Positions 42,401 through 54,300 of a DNA stretch of 64,000 bases are shown here, piece by piece; position 1 is the first letter of the stretch; every line of letters begins with the position of its first letter. The DNA is taken from contig NC_079169.1 of the NCBI RefSeq assembly GCF_947568905.1, positions 38,130,001-38,194,000 on the forward strand, written 5' to 3'. A model generated the notes under the pieces. That model had not been told where the DNA came from, searched no databases, and was given only the letters and a program-made list of their open reading frames with translations. The DNA comes from Ostrea edulis. Its lineage: Eukaryota. Position numbers and translations under genes: made by a program.

Positions 42401-45400
42401 GGGACATTGACAACATCACATACCTGTACCGTACATGTTGTACCACATTTGGAACTGACACGTGGAACTGCAGGCCTGTAGAGTGGGCCCGGTCAGCTCA
42501 GCCTGACTAGTGATGGAACCGTAACTGGCATCAATGTACAGGTAGTGACCTAGTGGACAAAGTTCACAACAAGATATCACATAGGAACCGCATCTTCTTA
42601 CAACTATTAATAAGTGTTTCAAGAGAGAAAATAACGAGAGATATGACCAGAACTGGAGAGTGAATTACCTGCAGCGTTACCAATGGTGTGGTCATAACGC
42701 GGCCCAGTGTTGGCAGTGGCCGTCTTGTTGCCTCCTCGTAACCAAGCAAACGACCCAGTTCCTGTCGCTACCCAGGTACAGAAGTCCTGCTCAAAATCAC
42801 AGGCTCCTGTCAAACAACAAGAAATGTCAAATTGATATATAACACTCCTCAAAGAGCCTCTCTGCTTAACATGGGAATTACACAAATATGTATATAAATC
42901 TCAAACTTCATTTAGGTTCCATTACACATCATATGCTAAACACTTACCACAGTCAGCCTCATCAGCTGTGTTAGAACAGTCACTTACCACAGTCAGCCTC
43001 ATCAACTGTGTTAGAACAGTCACTAATACCACAGTCAGCCTCATCAGCTGTGTTAGAACAGTCACTAATACCACAGTCAGCCTCATCAGCTGTGTTAGAA
43101 CAGTCACTAATACCACAGTCAGCCTCATCAGATGTGTTAGAACAGTCACTAATACCACAGTCAGCCTCATCAGCTGTGTTAGAACAGTCACTAATACCAC
43201 AGTCAGCCTCATCAGCTGTGTTAGAACAGTCACTAATACCACAGTCAGCCTCATCAGCTGTGTTAGAACAGTCACTAATACCACAGTCAGCCTCATCAGC
43301 TGTGTTAGAACAGTCACTAATACCACAGTCAGCCTCATCAGCTGTGTTAGAACAGTCACTAATACCACAGTCAGCCTCATCAGCTGTGTTAGAACAGTCA
43401 GTCTCATCAGCTGTGTTAGAACAGTCACTTACCACAGTCAGCCTCATCAGCTGTGTTAGAACAGTCACTTACCACAGTCAGCCTCATCAGCTGTGTTAGA
43501 ACAGTCACTTACCACAGTCAGCCTCATCAGCTGTGTTAGAACAGTCACTTACCACAGTCAGCCTCATCAGCTGTGTTAGAACAGTTAGCCTCATCAGCTG
43601 TGTTAGAACAGTCACTTACCACAGTCAGCCTCATCAGCTGTGTTAGAACAGTCACTAATACCACAGTCAGCCTCATCAACTGTGTTAGAACAGTTAGTCT
43701 CATCAGCTGTGTTATAACAGTCACTTACCACAGTCAGCCTCATCAGCTGTGTTAGAACAGTCACTTACCACAGTCAGCCTCATCAGCTGCATTAGAACAG
43801 TCCCTGATGAAGTTACAAACTTTGGTTTGTGGAATCAGGGTTTTCAGAGGATCTTTACATTGGAAGGTGCCATTGGTCTTTGGCTCTGTTTGTGTATGAA
43901 AATATGATAAGGTATATAATTATATTATATCTGGTAAAACATCAATTTCATTATAAAAATCCTTACAGAAAAACAATTGGGAGGGTGTCATTGGTCTTTT
44001 ACTCCGTTTGCATATGAATACATGTTACTTAACAAAAGCATTTATTCGTGATTATGTCAAGCAGAGTATCAGATCCAACAGCAGTCAATTTTAAATACAC
44101 TAACACAAGTACACATACAGAAGTGATCTCAATAGAAATTACACCATTTTTGTATTCAAATAAAATAGTACGAACCTGCAGAACAATCAAAGTTGTCTAG
44201 AATGAAATCATCAACTGCAATGTCTCCCTGGGTACCGCCACCAACATCAGCCTCAACATAGATCTAAAAAGAAAAAAGTCAAAGCAACTGTTACAATCAT
44301 ACTTTTATAAAGGAGGAATAACTTATCGTCATAATAGCTGACTTCCTTTTTGAAACATGAATTTGTATATCCTGTTTAAACCTAATTGCTTAGCTGGGTG
44401 ACTCAGTAACTGCTGATCTATAGATAGGGGGTTTCAGTCTAGCAAACATAAGGTTTCAAAAAAATGTCTAAGACATCCATAAGACAACATGGAACTCACC
44501 AGATGGTCATACAAAGAACCAAATTGACCATATTATCATCAACAAGAGATGGAGAAGTAGTCTTCTCGATGTGGTTGCAAAACAAGGGGCTGATGTGGGA
44601 AGTGACCACTCTCTAGTACTGGCAAAAATCAAGTTAAAACTGAGGAAATCAAGGAAAAAAGATCAAAGACCACCTCCAATCAACATCCAAAAACTCAAAG
44701 ATACAAAAACCCTGAGATCTTTTCAATTAAAAATCCAAAACAAGTTTTCAACACTCATGGAACATCCTGATGAAATCGATATGGAAACTTTTAACAAAGT
44801 ATTAATAGAAAATCGTCAACAAATACTTGGCCCAAAGAGAAAGAAAAAAGAATGGATTTCAGATAAAACATGGAAAATAGTAGAAGAACGAAAAGAGAAG
44901 AAAAGTCAAATCTTATCCACAAAATCCAAGAGGCAAAAGGACCAACTCCAGGCAGAATATCGGGCTATTGACAGGGAAGTAAAGAGGAGTGCAAGAGCTG
45001 ACAGAAAGGCATACACTGAAAAGCTAGCTTATGAGGCAGAACAAGCAGCTTCTAAACAAGACATGCAGACCCTCTATCGAATTACAAAAACATTAGCAGG
45101 CAAATTTCAGTCATCAGAGCTACCAATTAAAGGAAGGAACATTTTGAAGAAGTATTTAATATGAAAGACCCAGAGAACGAGGCAATAATATTACCAGCCA
45201 CGGACACATTAAATATTGATACTGATCCACCAAGTATAGAAGAGGTAAAAAAGGCAATCACCAAACTTAAAAATGGAAAAGCTGCAGGCATTGATCAGAT
45301 ACATGCAGAGCTCCTCAAGGTCGAAGAACACTGGACACCCACAATTTTGACAAATATCCTACAGAAGATCTGGGAACCAGAAGAAACACCATCCTTCTGG

Positions 45401-48400
45401 AAAACCAGCCTTATAGTTAAATTACCAAAGAAAGGAGACCTCTCAAATTGTAACAACTATAGAGGAATAATGTTGCTTTCCATTACCATGAAGGTTCTAA
45501 GCAGAGTGATACTGGACAGAATTGCAGAAGTAACAGATCCCTTACTGCGTCAAGAACAAGCAGGCTTTAGGAAAGGGAAGTCGTGCGCTGATCAGATATT
45601 CGCTCTCAGACAAATTCTAGAACAAAGCAATGAATGGAACTCCCCATTATACATCAATTTCATTGACTTCACCAAAGCTTTTGATAGTGTTAATCGCCTA
45701 GCCCTAGAAAGAATCCTTCGTCATTATGGAATCCCAGATAAAATCATCTCCATCATCAAGATGCAATACACTGAACTTAAGTTCTGGAAGAGTTATCTGT
45801 ACATCAAGCCTATCAGAGGAGTTTAAATTGACGACAGGAGTGAAACAGGGATGTCTGCTCTCTCCTCTTCTCTTTACCTTCTGCATCGACTGCATTATGC
45901 GAAAAACAACTAGAAGCAAACGAACAGGGATTACTTGGGGTATGACAGAAGTACTTGAAGACCTTGATTTTGCGGACGATATTGCACTGTTATCTCACCG
46001 TCATCGAGACATGCAAGAAAAAACCACCCAGCTCGCAAAAACAGCTGAAACAATTGGCCTTCATATAAACACCTCCAAAACTAAGATCATGAAGGTCAAT
46101 ACCATATCAGAGGAACCTATCTCTTTAAATGGCACAAACATAGAAGATGTCACCAACTTCCCATACCTAGGAAGTAAGATCACCACTGATGGGGATTCAG
46201 AGGCAGATGTACAAGCTCGCATTTCTAAAGCCACAGGTGCGTATGCTGCTCTGCGGAACATCTGGAGGTCAATAAAGTTTAGCACCAACACCAAAATTAA
46301 GATCTTCAAGAGCAACATGCTTGGGGTCCTACTATATGGTGCTGAATCTTGGAAAGTAACCAAGTCTATTTCCAACAAGCTGGATGTATTTCAGACCCGA
46401 TGTCTCCGCAGAATATTGCGCATCTTCTGGCCTAACACCATCTCAAATGACGAACTGTACAAAAGGACAAACACCACTCCTCTATCCCAGACGATCAAAA
46501 AGAGAAAATGGCTGTGGATAGGACATGTATGCAGAATGTACCCAAATTCCATCCCAAGGGTTGCTTTGAAATGATCACCAACTGGCAAGAGAAAGAGAGG
46601 AAGACCAAGAGAGACCTGGAGAAGATCGGTGGAGAAAGAAATGAAAGATAACAACTGGAGTTGGGGACAGGTCCAGAAATGGGCGAAAGACAGACCAACA
46701 TGGAAGTCTCTGGTGACGGCCTTATGTGCTGACCAGCACGAAGAGGACTAAGTAAGTAAGTATAATGACAATTCTGTCATTATACTTACTTACCTCCACT
46801 TTCCATCCTTATCAGATTTCTCTGGTGTGTTATTCTTCCTTTAATCCTGTTTTAATTATCATATCAACATTTGTGGTATATTATAATGACAATTTTCAAT
46901 CTACATTAAAAATATTGATGTATTTAAAAGTTTTCTTCTAAGTTGTTTATCCCATCCAATAGCATCCATTAGGTAAATATGGGACAGTGCCATGAAATTC
47001 ACCCCCCCCCCCCTCCCCCCCCCCCCCCCTCCTCCTGAATCAAAATTGTTTCACTGTTTTCAGTGCAGATATTCAAACTGCTCAAGTGTTCAGACATACA
47101 AAAAATGACTGACTGTACTCTGTGAAATGAGAGATGGTGTGAATCAGGTGTCCTGTAAAATATCATTTGCAGAACAGCAACAAGAAACAGACTTACATAG
47201 AAGTCAGCGTAAGCATTACTCATGCTGACATTGCCACTCTTCCACCGCGGTCCTTGGTCACCACTTGTGGACCACACTAGGGTTTTGGTTGGTGGGTTAC
47301 CAGAGAACACTTGTGAGATGTTAAGACTGCCGACATTGGATCCATACATGTAGTACCAGAACTTAAAACAGTAGGGTGCCACAGGGATAATCTGAGAGGA
47401 GAGCACTGCATTGTCTCCTCGCTTTCTGGGCGGACTGGACTCCATGTAAACGTAAAATCCTGAAACATGAGATCTATTTTTAGAAAAGTGTATGTACATT
47501 CTGAGATTTGTATGAAATGTTCAAACAATTCACATTGACAAAATGAAATATAAATAAAATTGCAAATTTCTCACACTCAAAATAAGATAAAATCGTAAAT
47601 TTTTCATTCTCAAAGTGATACTTAGAATGCTACCTGATGAAGATCCTATTGTGTGATCAATTGCTGGACCTGTCATCAATGTAGGGGTGCGTCCAGATCG
47701 TCTGATCCAATCAAATTTGTCATCCTGCCTCTGGACCCACCCACAAAGGTCAGATTCAAAGTCACAGCTAGCCAATCCTGCACAAGCTCCGGGGGTCAGT
47801 TTGATGTCATCAATGGAGATGTCTCCTCTGTAACCAGTACCAATCACTCCCTCAAACACAATCTGAAATATATCATATTATCAATCACTCCCTCAAACAC
47901 AATCTGAAATATATCATATTATCAATCACTCCCTCAAACACAATCTGAAATATATCTATTGTAATATTTATTGGCACTGTCACAGCTAGTGGTTACTATA
48001 AATCCGTTTTATGATGTCTAATCTTTGTAATATCGTATAGTGGGTGAAAATAATTTTTATTTCTGTGGTTGCATAAAACCTACATATACCTTTATGCATT
48101 TTTTTATTTTAAGTTTTGCATATTTTTCCTACCTGCAATATTGTGCAAAAAAGGACAACTGCAGAAAACTACCTATTATATAGTACATTGTAGTCACACA
48201 AATACAAAATGTATATAGTAATCACACAAATACAAAATGTATATAGTAATCACACAAATATAAAATGTTCTCTGACCTTATATGCTTCCTGTACTTGCAT
48301 GGTCAGTTGAGCCTGGCGCCACTGGTTGCCTTGGTCACCGGAGATTGTAAACAGAGCTGCACTGAGTTTGTTGAAAGAGCTGGTGTAAACATTCAGCATT

Positions 48401-51277
48401 CCGATGTTAAGTCCATACATGTGATACCAGAATGTCAGACACTGGCCATTGGTAGCAGGGTACTGCGGACTCAGTAAGCGGGCTTTGTCGCCCTGTCGTC
48501 GTGGTGATGATGATTCAGTGAACATGTAATGGCCTGTTGAAAGTATATATATTTCAGTCTGACTGTAAACAGGGTTAATTATGCCCTCTTTTATGCTCTT
48601 CTACACTTGCAAACAGTTTCACCCTGTTAAATTCACAGAGAGATAAGATCTTTAATTTGCCCACTGACAATGAGGGCGAAAGGGATGAAAATAAAACAGG
48701 GGCGAATATTTCCCCGTATATGATAAATAACATAATTGTATCGTAATTATTCAAATTTTTGAAAGATGATGAATACAAGGGTCTTTGATTGTGTAAAAAA
48801 AAGTTATTTTTCTACATAGCAGACATGAAACTTGGACATTCTCATGAAATGAATATAAATACCAGCACTGGTGCCATAGGTGTGGTCATTTGTGGGTCCT
48901 GTTCCAGTGGAGGTGGTCCTTCCAGCCTTTCTTGTCCAATCAAAGTTGTCTGTTGGATCTTGTTGGTAGCTACAAATGCTGACATCCTCAAAGTCACAAA
49001 AGGCTGAAAGAAACAAAACCCAATTATGTTGTTTATAAAACAGTTATTGACTTTTGTTGAGGGCAATATAAGAATTTGTCAATCAAAAGAAATAAGACAA
49101 AGACCTCAGCTTTGCCTTGATCATTGGATTAATAAATACTTTCACATGCATTACACTGACAACAGAAATCAATAATTTTTAAATATCGTTTAGCAATATA
49201 AAGATATATTTCTCACCGAATGAAGCATTACAGAAATAATATCATTTTCCATTTCATTGGAATTATACTGATCATCTTACTTGAAGGGCCAACATTGCAA
49301 GGACCATTCAGAACAGAAATGTCATCCAGTGCCATGTCGCCCTGGTACCCACGCCCTGTAATGCCTTCAAACACAACCTATGATATAAAAAATAAAAACA
49401 TTCAAGGTTAAATTGACTCAAAAATTGTCACCTTCAAACTGAATTCATGCATGCTTCATCATTGTATTATTACTCAACATTTTCAGACATTTTTTCCACT
49501 CGGATGATTTGATGAATAATGTCAAACACACATACACACACATTGACACTTCCACACACATCGACCTTCCACACACAGCAACACTTCCACACACATCGAC
49601 ACTTCCATACACACAGCAACACTTGTACACACACACAGCAACACTTCCATACACACATAGCAACACTTGTACACACACACAGCAACACTTCCATACACAC
49701 AGCAACATTTCTACACATAGCAACATTTCTACACACATAGCAACACTTGTACACACACACAGCAACACTTCCATACACACAGCAACATTTCTACACATAG
49801 CAACATTTCTACACACATAGCAACACTTGTACACACACACAGCAACACTTCCACACACAGCAACATTTCTACACACACAGCAACACTTCCACACACAGCA
49901 ACACTTATACGCACACACAGCAACACTTATACATAAACACAGCAACACTTATACACACACACAGCAACACTTCCACACACACGGCAACACTTGTACACAC
50001 ACACAGCAACACTCTCCACACATAATCCACTTACTAAATCTCCATTCTGAGAAAGCAAGTCCACTTTAGCATTAAACCACTGATTTCCCTGATTTCCAAT
50101 CTTTGTCCAGAGTGGCTGACCAAGTCTTCCAGCGTGCTTCAGTCTCAGGTTGATCCTGTTGATGTTTGCCCCATACATGTGATACCAGAAGTTCACACAG
50201 ACAACGCCAGACACAGACAGAGAGGGACTGAGAAGTCGGGCTGTTTTGTTGTTATTGACGCTGGCTTCAGTGTAAATGTAGTAGCCGGTCCTGCCCCCGG
50301 TGGTATGATCAAATGATGGCCCAGTGCCTCTGGAGGCTGTTCCACCCGAGTCCCGGGTCCAGTCCAAGTTCTCCGTCTTGTCTTGTTGCCAGTTACAGAA
50401 ATCACTCTCAAAGTTGCAAATCAGCAAGGGAGCTGTGTAATAATACATAAAAAGTACTTCTTAGAACTAATTATAAATACTTACAATTGTTAGAACTAAT
50501 TATAAATACTTACAATTGTTAGAACTAATTATTTGTTCTAACAATTGTTAGAACTAATTATAAATACTTACAATTGTTAGAACAAATTATAAATACTTAC
50601 AATTGTTAGAACTAATTATAAATATTTACAATTGTTAGAACTAATTATAAATATTCACAATTGTTAGAACTAATTATAAATACTTACAATTGTTAGAACA
50701 AATTATAAATACTTACAATTGTTAGAACTAATTATAAATATTTACAATTGTTAGAACTAATTATAAATACTTACAATTGTTAGAACTAATTATAAATACT
50801 TACAATTGGAAGCTAACTGTGTGATGCACGATTTAAAGATCTGGATAATATCATATCGACACTTGTCCCAAAGAAAACTTATCCTAACAATATTCATACA
50901 AACCTCCTGCTCTTCACTTTTATAATAACTATAGAACAGCATGGAAATGGGAGATGTCCTCCATTTTATCAAGTTTAAAGAACATCTACTGCTCATGGAT
51001 TTTAATTTCATCTTAGACAAAGTATTGATGCAATGTACACAGTTGTATGCACTTCTAGTGCACTTCACTAAATTTTTGTCTTCATCTGTTTTCACAGTAT
51101 TTACGTCCATTCTATTTCTATAAATGTTACCACTAGGTATAATATTCACTGGCCAAATTGAAATTATCAGAAATTGAACAGTAGCAGAAATAAGGCTATA
51201 TACAGACATTTTTTCTATACTCCCCAGAATCATCATTACCAATTATTGTTTAACATGTCCCACTACTGAAACATTCA

Positions 51278-51344
<67 letters not shown>

Positions 51345-54300
51345 TTTTTATCCTCCTTCTATTGAAACACTCATTCAAGTAGAATTTTAAATGAATCCAT
51401 CGATCTACCTGCTGAAGGTCCAGGGGTGGGCGGAGTTGACACTGATGAGGGAGTGGTTTGGAGGTTGCAAGTTCCGTCCAATAACTTGATGTCGTCCAAA
51501 GCAATATCCCCATGGTAATCTGCCCCTCTGACTCCCTCAAACACAATGTTATAGGGAGAATTTGTCGTTATTGTGGCTTGACCCTGAAGCCAGCCTTGAC
51601 CTTTGTTACCTGAGGCCGTGAAGAGAGTTCTGTTGGATGATCCATACACCAGGAACACATTAAGGGTGCCTACTCCTGTAGTAAGGTAGAAATAACAATG
51701 ACTGGAGAATTATTGTTAAGATATTGTTAATACAAAAGAAGTAGATAGTAAACTTCTGTAAAAATACTGTACAAAGTGAGGAGAATACTTTATATCCCCT
51801 TTATCTTGCGAGGCCTTACTTTCGCGTGAATACCATGACTTATGCATATAATGTTCTCGTAAATAAAATGTGATGTACAGCAATCCTTATAATGAGAGCA
51901 TTGTACAGTAATCCTTATAACGAGAACATTGTACAGTAATCCTTGTAACAAGATCATTTGTACAGTAATCCTTATAATGAGAGCATTTGTACAGTATAAT
52001 CGAGAGCTTTTTATATTTCAAATATATGTACTAACTGATTTATGATAATCCAACAAATGAAAATCCTGAAATGTCATTTAATAGGAAAACTCACCACTGC
52101 CATACATGCTATACCAAAACTGCAGACATTTTCCTGTAGTCGGAGTCAATGAGGAGCTTTTCAGCCATGCTCGATCTCCACGCTTCTGCGGATTACTGGT
52201 CTCAATGAACACATAGTACCCAGAACCCGAGTTTGTGGTGTGATCTACAGTGGGTCCAGTGTAGTAAGAGGGAGACAGGCCCTTACTTCTCGTCCAATCA
52301 AATTCATCTCCCTGAACATTGGAGTAGCCACACAATCCTTGTTCAAAGTTACAGGAGCCAGGAGAGGGACAGGAACCAGGGACAATGGAGACATCATCAA
52401 TAGCTATATCACTGAAGTAGGAGGAGCCCACCACCCCCTCAAACACAACCTACAAACATTTCCATGACACAGATTATACACATTCTACAAACATTTCCAT
52501 GACACAGATTATACACAACCTACAAACATTTCCATGACACAGATTATACACATCCTACAAACATTTCCATAACACAGATTATATGCAACCTACAAACATT
52601 TCCATAACACAGATTATACACATCCTACAAACATTTCCATGACACAGATTATACACAACCTACAAACATTTCCATAACACAGATTATACACAACCTACAA
52701 ACATTTCCATATCACAGATTAAAAATGACTAATGGTTAACTACATCTCATTAGATTTGACAGGATGAATATTAAAAATGATTGGTGTTTGGTGCAAATCT
52801 GAGAAAGTATGGTTGAGACTCTCTATGGGATTTTAGACTCTATATGCAGGTTTGTCCGTCAAGAAACAGATGTTTTTGCTTGTGATGATGTTGTGTACAA
52901 ACATTAGACTCCTGTAAATCAGAATTAAGATTTCGTAGAGTTTTGTCACATTCAATTATGACATCAATAAATAAAAGACTACCTGAAATTGGCTGGAACT
53001 GGTGAGAGTGACCTGGGCCACCTGCCATTTGCTTCCTTGATTCCCTGATTTGGTCCACACAGGGCTACCCAGAGACCCAGATGCCTGAGCGTACACATTG
53101 AGCGTACCCATGGTTCTGCCGTTCATGTTGTAGTAGAAGGTCAGACATTCTCCGGTAGAGCTGGGGAGGTTCGGGCTCACAAAGCGAGCTTTTTGTCCAC
53201 GTCTTCTGGGTCTGGAGGCTTCGATGTACATGTAGTAACCTAAAGTAAAATGACAAAAGAACAAATTTTTAAAAAATTCAAAGTATGCCAATGAATTCTG
53301 AATTTTAGAAAACTTCCCATATATATGTAACTACAATTATAAGTGTGTAAACATGTAAATAAGCTTTTTCAACTCAAAATTGTTTTCTCCATCTAACCGG
53401 TTACTAACAATCATGCATTTTAAATGACCTTTGACCTACCAGTGCCAGCTCCTGTTGTATGGTCACCTACTGGTCCAGTGCCAAAACTACCTGTGTTATT
53501 GGAGTGCCTTAGCCAATCAAAGTCATCTGTTGTATCTTGCATCCAACCACATGTATCAGTCTCAAAGTCACAATGAGCTACAGGAACAGAGAACAGAGGT
53601 CAGTCAGAACTACTGCACCCAACAACAACACAAGAAATGAAAGAGGATTTTGAATGACAGTAGCAATGATTGGAGGATTTTGAATGACAGTAGCAATGAT
53701 TGGAGGATTTGGAATGACAGTAGCAATGATTGGAGGATTTGGAATGACAGTAGAGCAAATTAGTTGCTTACTTGAAGTTGATGCTTGTTGAGGCAGGGAG
53801 GAGTTGACACAGGGTAGGCTATCAAACTTAATGTCATCTATAGCAATGTCTCCGGCCCAGCCATTGCCCACAGAGCCCTGGAGCATCAGCTTTAATGACA
53901 AAAACATGGAAACTATAAACTGTCAAGAACAAGTCACAAATGTGAATTGACTCGTAGGAGGTACAATCAGTCTGTGGCTCACAGACAGTAGAACAGATAT
54001 CTAACAATTCTTTTAAATTAGGCAAACTTTGAATGATTCAGTACTTAACTGTAAGCATTGTTCTGAGAGAATGACAATCAAACATCACCCCACCCCACCC
54101 CAAAACTGATACTCACACACCTAAAGCAACGAAACCCCACCACCACCCCTCCCGAGTCCTGACTAATATTCGTACGCCTTGACCCCCCCCCCCCCCTTCA
54201 AGTCCTGACTGATATACTCACACCCACCACCACCCTTTGAGTCCTGACTAATACTTGCACCCTCCACCACCACCTGAGTCCTGACCGATATACTCGCACC

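Noticed and set aside
42980-43468. Exonised poly-([14 protein letters not shown]) acidic Ca-binding repeat
   Set aside because: Read-through from exon 25 is G-K-stop (GGT AAG TGA) and the next donor is 40 nt away (frameshift). There is no pyrimidine-rich acceptor to enter the in-frame run.
44571-46574. Active LINE or host RT gene
   Set aside because: 5'-truncated within APE, with two frameshifts and a premature TGA.
49445-50069. Cys- or His/Thr-rich ORFs
   Set aside because: Translations of a CA-rich minisatellite. The repeat lies next to, but does not contain, the exon 18 donor, so it was also left out of the junction-array set.
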